DNA of 61,485 bases, filler included, from Sphacelaria rigidula (GCA_964200075.2; 11 parts of 11 records of this genome joined end to end with filler, not necessarily neighbours in it); one strand, 5' to 3'; shown: positions 10,171 through 22,296, counted from the whole stretch's first letter. Notes: a model not told the origin generated them from the letters alone. Numbers and translations: made by a program.

Positions 10171-12834
10171 TATCCATTACAATTACGCCATATGTGCCGA
10201 AGACCCGTGCCTAAGCAATCGAAAATCAGCCCAAGTTACAACTATGCCGACAATAGCGCTAATCTTGGCGTCCCACGAGGAGTCCCTGCGTGCATCCTCA
10301 GATTTACTGCCGGAGCAGAGAAAAGGGAAACCGACAATCTCGCTGGGTGTGGAACACATTGTACACCAAAAGCCGATTTCTGTTCTCGATATTGTCGTGC
10401 AAGATATTTTTCAGCTACACGCTCACGACATTCCGCGGATTTTCTTCACTTACGTCCCCGTTCTTTGCCTTCTCGTCTTTCTCCCTCTCTCCCGCCCATC
10501 TCAGAAACAGTGGGTCATTCATCAGCAGCAAAATTCCGTCATACTCGAGTAGACTGGGATGTCTCACTCCAGGGGAAGCGGGACGAATCCCGCAAAGTCG
10601 ACTATCGTGCTAGTGGCTTCTGCAGCCGCGGCGGTAGCTGCGCTTGCCGCCGTTGCTGCATGGCGCGCAAGGATCGACAAACGCAGGTATTGGGGGTGAC
10701 CTGGGCGCACAGAGTTCGCAGGTGTCGCATGTGTTTTGCAGGTTTGATACGTGAAGTGGATACAAGTGCGGAATAGCCTCACACGAATGGGACGCGTTCG
10801 ATATTTATATGATCCGGAACACGACGTTTTGTAGGCGTGAGCAGCGCAGGTATGAGTGATTGGCTCACCCGTTGAAATGCACAGATGAGTAATGGAAGAT
10901 TATAATCGTGTTGTTCTCAAAAGTTGAGAAACGCGGGTACAGATCACGCTTGGGTGGCGTAGGTTATGGATCATGAATCGCCTACCGCAGCAGAACGGAT
11001 GAGACGCGACGGGGGTAGAGCATGTTTTGTGTTGCTTTGTAGCATACATGACTCCCTTCGTTTCTTCGAACGAGTCCGCAGTCTGGAGGGACCCCCCCNN
11101 NNNNNNNNNNNNNNNNNNNNNNNNNNNNNNNNNNNNNNNNNNTTAATTAATTAANNNNNNNNNNNNNNNNNNNNNNNNNNNNNNNNNNNNNNNNNNNNCG
11201 CGTCTGCCTCTTTTTTTTTTTTCTTTTTTTTTGTTTTTTGTTTTTTTGTGTGGGGGGGGGGGGGGGGGGGAGGGGGGGGGTAAGATGCAAACGGAGACGG
11301 AAGTATGTACAATATATATAAGCATCTCTGTTTCTTTCGCCAACGCCTATCGACTTTTAGAACAAAGGTGACGATGCGAAAACCCATCGATTGCGTGATT
11401 GAAGCCATTTGAACGTTAGCTATTGTGCCTTAGCAGGAGTGCAGATACTGTATAAAAATGATGTTAGCGATGCAGTTCAGTTTGATTAACGCTATAATGC
11501 ACGATCACCAGATGAATCGACGTTATGCGGGCGACCTTTTAACACCCTCGTTCGCATTAATAGAGAGAATTAAACACCGACCAACTCAACAAGTTAAGCA
11601 CCTCTGTGGCTCAGAGGACTTCCCCCTGGTGATGGATCGGCATTTCCTTCATGAAAACAGAAACACAACGCCAACTCAACATACCGGCAATCTGCCCGAT
11701 CAAAAACTGGCTGATAGTGAAATAATAAAAAATAAGTCTTCGAACGACCTGCCCGATGACGGCGAGGCGAAATTTATTGACCAGACCCGAACGACCAGCG
11801 CGGGGATCGTTGGCGAGTGTGATGCCACTGCAAAGATCGTGTGGGGGCCTCATCCCTGGCGCAGATAAGCCTTCCCAGGTGTCCAAGCGCAGAGCGGTCG
11901 GAATTTGGTTTTATGGTATTACTTGCACTCAGTATACCGTTCCCGAGTTTTTCCGGCGTTTTTTGGGTCATAATTCTACATTAAAACGTGGAAATTTACA
12001 CGAACACAGGGTGAACCGGAAAAAAACGGGAAGGAGTGTACATGCTACAATGTGGTCATTTTCACGAGGCACAAAATCTAGGTGGGCTGTGGAAAGACAA
12101 AAGGGGCTACCGTAATGAATTCTGCGTATCCCTCTGCCGATGACCTGCAGTGTGCAGTCAACACGTATGTAGTGGGCGGGAATGAAGAAGCAGTGTAGAG
12201 GCAGTTGATCTCAGTAGCTGAGATTTGTCCAGAACGTGCAAGGGAGTATGCAGCGGCGGCTGCTGCTTCGGTCGGAGAGGCGCACTACTCTGTACTGTAC
12301 TATACTGTTTTATGCATGCGCGCCGCAACGCTGATACCCTTCAAAGAGGATTTGCCGCATGCAACAAGGGGGTAAATGGCGGCCCCACTCCGACCACAAA
12401 GGGCTGTGTGGCGAGGTGATGGGGACAATACAGTAGTATCATCCAAAGCCACAAGTGACGGGCGGCCCGCCGGTCGCTGCATCCCGTTGGAAGCTCTCTA
12501 CCGCGACCCATACTGCTTGCTACATCATGTACACTACCTCATGCGCACCCTGCACATGAAAATAGATTGAGTGAAACTTTCGGTCTTCGTCGTAACCCTG
12601 CGGTTACATAAGCGGATTTTCAGCAACACACCACTATCTCGTGCAGACGCCAGAGACGTCATTCCTGACCAGCCTCATTTGTCGTTCTGGAGGCCCGGTC
12701 CCAAAAGGGTTGACCCTTTTGAAACCCATAGACGATTTTTGTTTTTGTGAATCGGCATCGTTTTGACTTGAAAATGACTGAAAATGATGCCAATTCACAG
12801 GACCAAAATGGTCAACGAGTTCCGAGAGGATTAA

Positions 12835-12932
12835 CCCTTAGACCGCGAGGTTAGTCTTCTGTTGAATCGGCATCAATTTCAAGTAAAGAAAAGTGTGCAT
12901 GATCCAGAAAGACTTCTCTCGCGGTCCAAGGG
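12835..12932 (+). mobile_element. 98-bp piggyBac-type MITE
   Basis: TTAA on both sides (12831-34, 12933-36); TIR CCCTTAGACCGCGAG versus CCCTTGGACCGCGAG (14/15); further copies at 23751, 32877 and 32983. Confidence 0.9.
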
Positions 12933-13981
12933 TTAAAAGCTGCTAGTTCAAGAGTTGCGCACACCACAGCTTTCCCAGTTTCCCGAATGGACCCGATATA
13001 AGCATATCACTGTGAACTGCAGACCCACCTACTGACAAAGGACTGCGTCGCTGTTCAATTGGCGTCGTATTGCCGATGAAGTTATTGTACTGCATAAAGT
13101 ACGGGGTGCGCCTCATATTGTTGGGCGATAGTGTGTCGGAGTGCTTTTTTTTTTTAATGCGTTGGGTTCACGTCAGCGATCATCCCGCACGGGGTATTAG
13201 TGGGGTGCAGCGGCGTCACGCAAAATGTTGCACGCACGGCCCAATTCGACGACTCTTGAGCTGAAATTTCACGAAGACCTTCTGCACCCAGGGTAAGATA
13301 CGTCCCGTGAGCAGCTGCAGATTCTCATTTTTTGCTGGACTTATGATATTATCTTGTTTATGCTGAAATTTCGAATCCCCATAACTTCCTGTTTTATTTT
13401 TCCTTACTGCTCACGTGATATTCTGCATGTCGGTCATAAAAAGCTGCTGTCAAAATTTCAGCGACCAACTCCTAATATCGCGCCGTGCGGCGCCTGAGCG
13501 AGAAAACCACCCATTGTTGGCTGACCCAGCTCGAAATACATTTGATGATAGAAATAATAAATGATGTGTGATGATATTATAACAATAATAGTAATATACT
13601 AACAACAAAATAATGTCTATCTCCTGACCACGGCTAGATCCCTCGAGGAGTAGCTGATGTGCGGCAACCCATTCATCGAATCAGTTAATCAATGGCGTCT
13701 GGGCTCTTCTTCCCAAAACCAAATCCAAGGAAAGATTTGTCATATTAAGTCAGCACAACACAACCTACATAAGAAATACTGGTGGAAGGCGTACCAGAAC
13801 CATCCAGCCTGCCTGAAGATCCCTACCGCACCGATTTCTTTTAGTTCGTGGTCAACGTTCATATTCGCCGGTGCCTTTGGCTTTCACCAACCGGTACAAC
13901 TGTTTTTCATCAGCTATTCCGAAAGGGATGCAAGTGGTTCGCTACACGATGAAAAAAACACAATGGTTGACAACAGCGCAC

Positions 13982-14234
13982 CTGGTTAGCCTCCCGTAAC
14001 ATACGGTGCTCCTCCTCCTTCGCCCTCATCTGCTTCACCGTGTTCGCATCCATATTCTCAGTGGCTTTCCTCAACTCTTTGGCGGCCTCCAACAGCGTTC
14101 TCGGTTTCTTTTTGTCGCTTTCATCCGTCGTCGCCGCCACCCCGTCCTTCTCGCCCTCTGCCGCCTTTCCTTCCTCGGCCGCGGAGGACATAGCTGCCGC
14201 GGCGCGTTTGCTTGCTAATCGCTCGTCTTCCTCT
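13982..14234 (-). CDS. DDX41: Internal exon, probably the N-terminal region of DEAD-box helicase DDX41/abstrakt
   Basis: Acceptor TTTTTTTTCTGCTGCAG|A and donor CAG|GTGCGC; 253 nt, stop-free. RTLLEAAKELRK...KEEEHRMLREANQ resembles the SLL..L-K..EEE.IL segment that precedes the DDX41 helicase core (from recall). Neighbouring exons were not found in this contig. Confidence 0.55.
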
Positions 14235-16060
14235 CTGCAGCAGAAAAAAAACGCAGTCGCGGAGACAGAAATAAAATGAAAACTTGTTGCTCTCAAGAAA
14301 AGCACGAATATATCACAAACAAGCAGCGCATACAAAAACGGCTGGTTTAGGCGTGGCGCTGGTTCGTTTATCGGCTTCCTTTAAACGTCGGAGAACAAAC
14401 CGCAGTCATGACAGGATAGAGGAAGGTCGAAAGACGAAAACGGGTGAACCCCCTTGGAAAAATTCCACACCCTGGACAATAGATTCCATTGTTAAAAAAT
14501 ATACTGCGTACAGTATGGAATCTTTTGTCTGTTGCAATAGACGCAATAGCCGATACTGCAAGCAGTACACTTGTTGACTGTGTACTTCATTATGCAGGGT
14601 ATGAAAATTTTCACAATATTTCAAGGGAGTACACCAAACTGGAGGGCTCAGCATGTTGGCTCAGAAGGATACAACCCAGTTTCTTCCACCCTGCGTGCTA
14701 CCCGAACTCTCCGCGGTTCCTTCATTATTGTTCATTGAACGAAAAACTCAGCATTGAACATGGTACGGATAACAAATGAAGCGGGCTGCCGCTTGATGTG
14801 ACCATGTCCCCCGTTGTGGAGACGCACGTGCGTTAAACTCCCTTGTTTCACTTCTTGTTCAAAAATACCTCGTTGTACATGGCTTTACTATTATTATTAT
14901 CCTATCCTACTTGTCATGAGCATAATGTCTCTCCGCTAGATACCCAGATCAGTACATTCGCGTTCGGTTTTTTCATACTTTATCCAAATAAAAAATGGTC
15001 GTTTTCGGAACAATATTTTACATTAGACGCGCGTCGGACTCAAGACGAGGAAACTGCCACTCTCCTCAATCACCCCGCACAAGCAGGCAAAAAGATTTCC
15101 CGTTACATAACGGTCAACTTGTTTGCGTACACAACAGATTTGAAAACGCCGTTTTCTGGAGTCTACCGATACTCCTTACTGCACCCGTGCACAGCACCCT
15201 CCTATTTTTAACAAGGACCACCGTCACCTAGCCAGGCCGGGACACCCATCGACCAACGGGGGATCCCACGTACGTGCGCTGCTAGAACACGGTGTGATGT
15301 GCGCTCACCGCCCTCACTAATCCAACTGCACTGTGTGCCAGTACACCATGGAATGTTGAGCTCTGTACTCTCGTGTGGATCTGTTTTGCTGTCAATTGTA
15401 AGTACATCCTGCACATATTGTATACCGACCACCTCTGACACAAAAAATGCGCCCATATGTAATGGTCCACGACTCCATCTTGAGCACATTTTGTTGCACA
15501 AACACCGCTGGTCCTCATCCAACACCACGCGGATTGCTGTGAAACAAAGAGCACTGTGTGTAGACTAGCAAGAGCTAGCGTCAGGCGTGCTGAACGTGTG
15601 CTTTGGATGTCTGTGCGTGTTCGCTCAGGTTGGGTTCTCAGGGTGTAGGGTGATTCCGTCATGTGTTTCAGTCGCGCCAGTTGAGATTTCCAGGTTTGTC
15701 TCCGAACGAACTTCCGTCAAACGAAGGCTGCCGTGTGTACATTATTGCAAGGGCTACCGCTAATGCGCACAGATTGACAAGGAAATGCAACGTAATGCAC
15801 GTGTCTATGCGTGTTTTTTTCAGGGCTCGGTGTGAACGATATGTGTTGTCGTGTTGCGTCTCCTGTACCGTACACACGTTTCAGTGACAACTGATGCTCA
15901 TTCTGTGCAGTATACAATCCAGATAATAGCGGAGCAACTGTCCGCCGCTACAGACCATCATGTACATGCTTCACTACCGATAACTAAAAGCTACCGTTTT
16001 GCCTCACTGGGCCCCGAAATTCGCTGAAGACTGGACCTTTGGGCAATCCCTGCTCTGCAA

Positions 16061-16210
16061 CCGCTGGAGTGCCACTACCTGCTGTTGGGCTCTGAGTGGT
16101 GTTCATGCCCCCACTGACCTGCCATTGCTTGCCGTTGGGCAGTGAGTGATGTTCATGTCACCTCTGGAGTGCCACTGCTTGCCGTTGCGCAGCGGGTGGT
16201 ATTCATGCCA
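16061..16210 (+). repeat. 50-bp minisatellite, 3 diverged units
   Basis: Units start at 16061, 16111 and 16161; consensus CCnCTGGAGTGCCACTGCTTGCCGTTGGGCAGTGAGTGGTGTTCATGCCA. Confidence 0.85.
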
Positions 16211-16234
16211 CGGTTGAATTGATTCGGGCGAAGA

Positions 16235-16300
16235 CCCCCCCCAATGGTCTGATGACTATGGCATGCATGATCATGAGTACACCCTACCCCGGCCCCCTCC
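16235..16300 (+). mobile_element. Minimal (about 40 bp) copy of the poly-C-associated family
   Basis: C8, then AATGGTCTGATGACTATGGCATGCATGATCATGAGTAC, then a C-rich tract. Confidence 0.7.
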
Positions 16301-17880
16301 GTCTACCCTTATTTTCATATCCTTGAAATTGAGGACGGCGGGTTGGTCGGGCGACTCCTTCTAGGGGCTGACTTTGACACCCCAGTTCTTCTCGGCGACG
16401 TGCGCGATTCGAGCGCTGTTTTTTGGGGGGTGCGCTTCGAATCTGAATGCAGCGGGTTGAGAAAAAAAACAGCACACGTCCCGCACTCAGAAAACAAATC
16501 GGGAAATTGCAAATTCTTGCACGTTTTCAGGGTAAGATTGAAAAACGCTTGAAAAAAAATGTTCAAACCTGGGATGTACTTCCTCTGTCCCATAAGTAAA
16601 GTCCGTTCTGGAATTTTAATCGCTTGTGTATTCAAACTCTTCCGATCATTCCATAGTTGGGTTCGCAGGAAAGATGAAGCGCCAACGAAGCTGATGCNNN
16701 NNNNNNNNNNNNNNNNNNNNNNNNNNNNNNNNNNNNNNNNNTTAATTAATTAANNNNNNNNNNNNNNNNNNNNNNNNNNNNNNNNNNNNNNNNNNNNACA
16801 CGCACTGCCGTGCGGCGGGTGGATATGATGTATTTCTCGTTGGTGGAAACTTGAGCACCTACTTCTTTCATGGTCGCGACATCGCGCGGCGACGACATAC
16901 GCGGGGTGCGTATATATATATATATATACAGGCACGGGTGCGAAGAACAACAATTAACCGGCCGCCTATGGTATGCATATACACACTCACCATCATATGC
17001 ATGCTGCGGATCGCGGACGCACCGCGATATAACATATACTGTAGTGCAGGATATACAGGCCGCGCGTACGATATGCTGCACGTTGTTCAAGTTCTTTTCA
17101 CGTCGCACTGTAGGTAGAGAACAAACATATACACATTGTCCTGCGCTGTCTGTACTGTATACGTTTCCCCTTCCCTTTCGCACGCCCTACTTACTGTGCT
17201 GCAGCAGCTGTGTGCGCAAATATATGATGTGGAACGGGTGTGAAAAACTGGAGTTCGTGACGGTATATAACACCCGCCCCATATATTAAAATAAGCTGCA
17301 GGCATCTATACTTTGTATTTATAGTCAGCCATCTGCAGTACATATGGCGCCGCATGTATAAGCACGGCGGTATAGCGCACTGTCCCGCATGCAACGGTAT
17401 TGTACTATGCGATAAGATCGATGTTTCATTATCCCCTGTATATTGTGTTAGTTTCTTCGACGCGGGGCTACGGGGTTTTCATCAGATGTATGCATATATC
17501 AGCGAGGTCAATTACCATATGTCATCATGGCGTCAGCTGCAACAAAAACTTGCGTGCAGTAAATAGGACTTGAACACCTGAAGCTGCTCGCGAGCAAGTT
17601 CTTTCTCCACCCATTTTCAGGTGTTCTTGGTGGTGTACACATTCCATCTGCGATATACGCAGTGTATATAGGATTGTCTGTACAGCTGAAGCTCTTCGAA
17701 ATGAATCCTTCCTCAACTATATTCGATAAATTTCGAATAGCAGCGGCTGTCCAAATTTCAGATTTCCATTACACTTGCCTCTAAAAACAATTCGGGGGAC
17801 TCCAGCGTCATTGACACGGACCTTCGAGAGCCGCCCCAAAATTCAGAAGTACAAAAAACTCGACCAATCCTTATTGACTA

Positions 17881-17965
17881 CCACGCGTAGCTCCGTGTAT
17901 AACCGGCAGGCGACGTAATTGTCAAGTCGAGGGTTCGATTCCTGTCCAACCTAATCAGTTCTTTT
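17881..17965 (+). other. tRNA-derived Pol III promoter-like segment upstream of the Ngaro-like element
   Basis: GTAGCTCCGTG A-box-like motif, B box GGTTCGATTCC (about 17932-17942), short T-run after it. The acceptor stem does not pair, so it is not a functional tRNA. Confidence 0.55.
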
Positions 17966-18045
17966 GTTCGCCAGTACCTTGCGCCCTCAGCTGCATGTGA
18001 AGAGTAGTGTTTGTGCGTAAACACACTGCATAGCATTCCCAGCAG

Positions 18046-18191
18046 CGATGAACTATTCACGGGGCGACGAACTATTCACGGGGCGACGAAACCCTGTGAT
18101 GCACACTATTCATGACCACTGTAGAGAAACCCTGTGGATAGGAACCCTGTGATGTACACTATTCATGACCACTTTAGGGAAACCCTGTGGA
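18046..18191 (+). repeat. Short direct-repeat cluster in the leader of the YR element
   Basis: Two 19-bp units GCGAyGAACTATTCACGGG, then two units of about 53 bp starting AACCCTGTGATGyACACTATTCATGACCACT. Confidence 0.8.
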
Positions 18192-18526
18192 GCGTCCTGT
18201 GCTACGTTGGAAAACACTGTACAGTAAAATTCCCGCCAGAAACACGGCGCAGGGTACGTAAACCCTGTAGATTCCCTCCACAGGGTGCTTTCTGTCTACG
18301 TGTTCGGCCGCAATCCCCGATCCACCAACTCCTTCAACTTCTCAGTGGCGGGGGACGGGGTCAGATCCAACAACTCATGCGTGCAATGGGAGCGACCAAC
18401 GCCGCCCCCGCCAGTTCGAAGAAGGCCGAAGAAATGCAGGAGTAGCGGGAGACCAACAGCTGGTTCTCGGACGAAAATAAGGCACTCTTCCACATCCTCA
18501 GGGGCGGGGTCTCCATTTCCATTCCC

Positions 18527-19522
18527 ATGTCTGACGCAAACCTGAAACTAAAACTATGCGACGTGGCCGACACCAACCGGGGCATGCTGAGCAATCTCCG
18601 GACGTTGATCGACGTAGACGTAACCAACTTCCACTCCTCGGTGCCGCCTCGCATAAAGAAATCCTACTTTCGCGCTGAGGTCCATGTCACAACATTCACC
18701 AAGGCGCTGACCATCATCATCACCTTCGGCACCACCGACAACGACGGCGGGCGGGATAGGCGAGCCTTCATCACAGGAGAACTGACGAGGATGGCGTCGG
18801 CGCTGGACGCGTATACGGGGAAAAATTACGCCGCTCTTCACAAGGACGAGGCGGCCGTCAAAACCCGCATAGTCACTGACTTTAACCACGACATCAACGG
18901 ATGGCTCACAGAATGCAGGGACGCGGGATTGAACCTACGCATGGAGCCTCCCGCCGCCTCACCCGCCAACGGGCAGGGCCCCGCGGCGCCGGTGCCATTG
19001 TTCACCCGAGTAAAAACGCTAACCGCCGACGGCCACCTCAGCAGCCTCATCGGTCGCCAAATCCCCGGGCTCGCGGTAGCAGGCTCACCCGCGCAGCCCG
19101 CCCCCAAGACAGCCGTTAAGCGAAAGGCACTCCCCGACGGGGGCACGAGCAACGCGGTCAAACGTGTCGCTCCCCAACCTCCGCCGTACCCGCCCCAGTG
19201 GCAACATTTTACGCCACCGAACACCGATTTCAATACGGAACTGGCGTCATGGGCCCCGCCGGCGGGCGTCTGCTTACGAGCTTGGCAGGGGCTCACATGC
19301 CCACGGGGGCGCGGCTGCCGCCTCCCAGACCACTCCAGCACACATGAAGCCGTCGGAGGCTCTCCCCTCCAGCCGCCAGCGGCGTTACCGATACCTCCAA
19401 CAGCCCCGACGGCGGCGTCGGCAAAACTACCAGCGCCAGCAGCACTGGCGATCGAAGCGAGTACAGTGGCGCGTTTTCCCCACAGCTTCGGCGGGAATGG
19501 CGGAGCTGGGCGGGGCACCTGA
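18527..19522 (+). CDS. Gag-like ORF1 with CCCH-type zinc finger
   Basis: 331-aa ORF with a Pro/Ala-rich C-half and C-x8-C-x5-C-x4-H (CLRAWQGLTCPRGRGCRLPDH). The same frame continues upstream to 18134 across a TAG at 18443-18445. Confidence 0.7.
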   Translation: MSDANLKLKLCDVADTNRGMLSNLRTLIDVDVTNFHSSVPPRIKKSYFRAEVHVTTFTKALTIIITFGTTDNDGGRDRRAFITGELTRMASALDAYTGKNYAALHKDEAAVKTRIVTDFNHDINGWLTECRDAGLNLRMEPPAASPANGQGPAAPVPLFTRVKTLTADGHLSSLIGRQIPGLAVAGSPAQPAPKTAVKRKALPDGGTSNAVKRVAPQPPPYPPQWQHFTPPNTDFNTELASWAPPAGVCLRAWQGLTCPRGRGCRLPDHSSTHEAVGGSPLQPPAALPIPPTAPTAASAKLPAPAALAIEASTVARFPHSFGGNGGAGRGT

Positions 19523-22296
19523 GGGTGCGGGCTCCACCAGTCGGCGGGGCCTACCAGTCGGCGGGGAGGAGGAGCACCGGTCACGGACTCAGCGAGGTCG
19601 GTGCGTATCGCCCAGGCCCCCCAACCGGGGTCGGTGGCGGCAAGCTTCTTTCACGGTGAGAGCAGAAGTACCAACGCACGTAACAACCCATATGCACGTC
19701 ACAGCGATAGATCGCGTAGTTCCATTCCACATTTCCCACAACCGACAACAAGGTCCATGACCAACCCCACCAAGACGTACTGTAACAAGCAAGGGCCGGC
19801 AGGGTACACTCGATTGGACGGTAGAGCTCACACGCATGAAATACTCGACGAGACCACCGCCCCGCGCAATGACACGAAAAACAACAGTCACACGGTCAAC
19901 AGCCCGCACGATCACTGTAACCGGTTGACATTGAGGTACAACGGAAAGCACGAACGCGCGCAGGTAAGTCAGCAACAAGATCAGGTAATCCCCCCGTCAA
20001 TGACTAACGAAAACAACAGTAGTACACGCAGACACCACGCCAACACCACTTCGCACATCCCCACAGACAGGGAACGTGTAGAAGCAGATCCGGCGGTCGG
20101 CAGTTACGCACAGGTAACCCTAAACGTCGGTAGATCAGACAATAAGAGAACTCATGCTCCCCGTGAAATTCGAATCACACCCAGTGCAGAAGAAGACCCG
20201 GCGTTCGGCAGTTCCGAAAGAACCCTCAACAGCGGCACGTCCATGTTGACGAGCGCAAAGCGTGCAAACTCGATAACCAGTGACTTAAGGGGAGCGAAAG
20301 ATCATAGAGGTGCAGAAGAAGACCCGTTGTCTGGTAGTTCCGAGGGGACCCTGGACAACGGAACGTCCATGTTGACGAGCGCAAAGCATGCAAGAGTTCG
20401 AACCAACCATCATCGCTCAGATGAAGATCCGGCGGTCGGCAGTTACGCACACGTAACCCTAAACGTCGGTAGATCAGACAATAAGAGAACTCATGCTCCC
20501 CGTGAAATTCGAATCACACCCAGTGCAGAAGAAGACCCAGCGTTCGGCAGTTCCGAAGGAACCCTGAACAACGGCACGTCCATGTTGACGAGCGCAAAGC
20601 GTGCAAACTCGATAACCAGTGACTCAAGGGGAGCGAAAGATCATAGAGGTGCAGAAGAAGACCCGTTGTCTGGCAGTTCCGAGGGGACCCTGGACAACGG
20701 AACGTCCATGTTGACGAGCGCGAAGCGTGCACGAGTTCAAAACAGCACCCGGTGCACTAAAGGAAAACCGTTGACCAATAGTTGCACACAGGTAGCCCCA
20801 GACAACGGCTCGCACACGTTGACGAGTGAGAAGCCCGCAGAGAAAAAGAGCAACACCGATAGAAAGGAGATCATAGGTAGGCGAAATTTCGGGTCGGTGA
20901 AACAATCACCTCCAGTTGGGACCACACGCCACCGAAGCCCAACCGGACACACAGACCACCCAAGCAAAAACCTCCATATCCGGTGGAAACAGCAACAGCA
21001 AGAACTCTCGAATATACACATAGACCAAACAGAAATGAAACACATCATCACAGACCTAGCCGCCACCTGCACGAGTCTCGTCCGACTCAACCACGGAAGA
21101 ATCGGAGATGTAGCAAAGGGTCTCGGCGGCACTCTGGTGTCACCGCCGATGAACCTGAGAGACATCCACGAGTATTTCGGAAACCAAAAACACTTCCCTC
21201 GGGTACGAGAACTCCTTCACATGATTGAGTACGGTGTCCCAATGAACACATCGTCTAGCGTTCCCGATCTTCGAGGAGCACTGAAATACGGTAATCACCG
21301 CAGTATCGAAGAATCCATGCCTCAAGCCTTGGAGACGTTGATTGAGGATGTACGAAGGAACAGATGCCTGGTGCTTGAAAAAGGGGCGGCGCTCGAAATC
21401 AGCGGCCTCAGAGTGCCCCCCCTTGGGGCAGTAGTAACTAGCAAAGTCAGGACCATCAATGATTTTTCGTTTGACCCCAGCGGACTGAAGGGAAAAAAAG
21501 GCGGCCTCAATCGGGACACGATTGTGGACGAGGTGCCACACTGCCTCTGCGGAGAGGCACTCCCAAAACTACTGAATGAAATCCTGAGGTTACCTGTCAA
21601 GTTTCCGGATAGTAGAATACTACTGTCAAAGGCGGATGTCTCGAATGCATTCAGATATGTCAGGATCGCGCCCGACCAGGCGCAAACCTGCTGCTACGTG
21701 GTAGACGACGTTATCGTAGCAGACTTTCGGCTCACGTTTGGATGGACGGGGTCCCCCGGCCAGTGGGGGCTCTTATCACAGGCTGCTGAGCATGCCCACT
21801 GCGAGACCACAATTCTCGACGCCGTAATACTCGACGAAGGTAGAGAGATGATGAAACACGTAACCATAGTCGAGCCTTGGGAAGAGGGAACACCTACAAA
21901 GGTCCCGCCCGACGCTGCTATTCCCCCAGCAACCGGGGGGGGAGTTCATGACCCCTTTTTCGTTAGCGTGATGTGGACGACTATATCCTTGCAAAGGTAC
22001 AGCACGGCACGCAAGATAAATCGGCGCTAGTCGCGTCAGCTTCGCTAGCCTCAGATCACATCAGACTGCTTGGTCCCGGAGAGCCAGGTGAGATATCCAT
22101 CCTTGCACCTAACAAAAGTGCAAACTGGGACACCAGCGTAGATGCGTTGGGATTCACGATCGACACGCACACCATGCGGATAGCGGTCACTCGAGAAAAG
22201 GTCGAAGCTATCAAAGAATCGCTGGAGCACGACTGGCCCGCCGACAAGACACGCGCGACCGCGCAAGACGTACTGAGCATAGCTGGGAAACTCTGG
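19523..22296 (+). pseudogene. Pol / reverse transcriptase of the Ngaro/DIRS-like element, frameshifted at the YVDD motif
   Basis: Motifs YGNHRS, PLGAV..KVRTINDFSF, KADVSNAFRYVRI, RLTFGWTGSPG, then (Y)VDDYIL and LGFTIDT in the next frame. One base is missing at 21970/21971. Confidence 0.9.
20086..20740 (+). repeat. In-frame 339-bp tandem duplication with internal sub-repeats in the pol N-terminal linker
   Basis: AGATCCGGCGGTCGGCAGTTACGCAC starts at 20086 and 20425. The peptide AEEDP..GSSE.TL..GTSMLTSAK occurs four times. Confidence 0.95.

Larger units (their letters stand above)
18046..22296 (+). mobile_element. Ngaro/DIRS-like (tyrosine-recombinase class) retrotransposon, 5' half
   Basis: Gag-like ORF with a CCCH finger followed by a DIRS-type RT. 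RNase H and YR would lie beyond the contig end, so the class is inferred from RT motifs and layout. Confidence 0.8.

Noticed and set aside
10081..10776. 231-aa ORF
   Set aside because: It reads through the end of a dispersed repeat and its poly-C tract; no domain recognised.
17881..17951. Functional or suppressor tRNA that might explain UGA readthrough
   Set aside because: The acceptor stem does not pair, the anticodon loop is malformed, and there is no UCA anticodon.
18046..18191. CRISPR-like array (also considered for 16061-16210 and 61025-61280)
   Set aside because: Units are directly tandem with no unique spacers, the context is eukaryotic, and there are no cas-like ORFs.
18838..19584. 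248-aa antisense ORF over gag
   Set aside because: GC-rich shadow frame with no YR or other motif.
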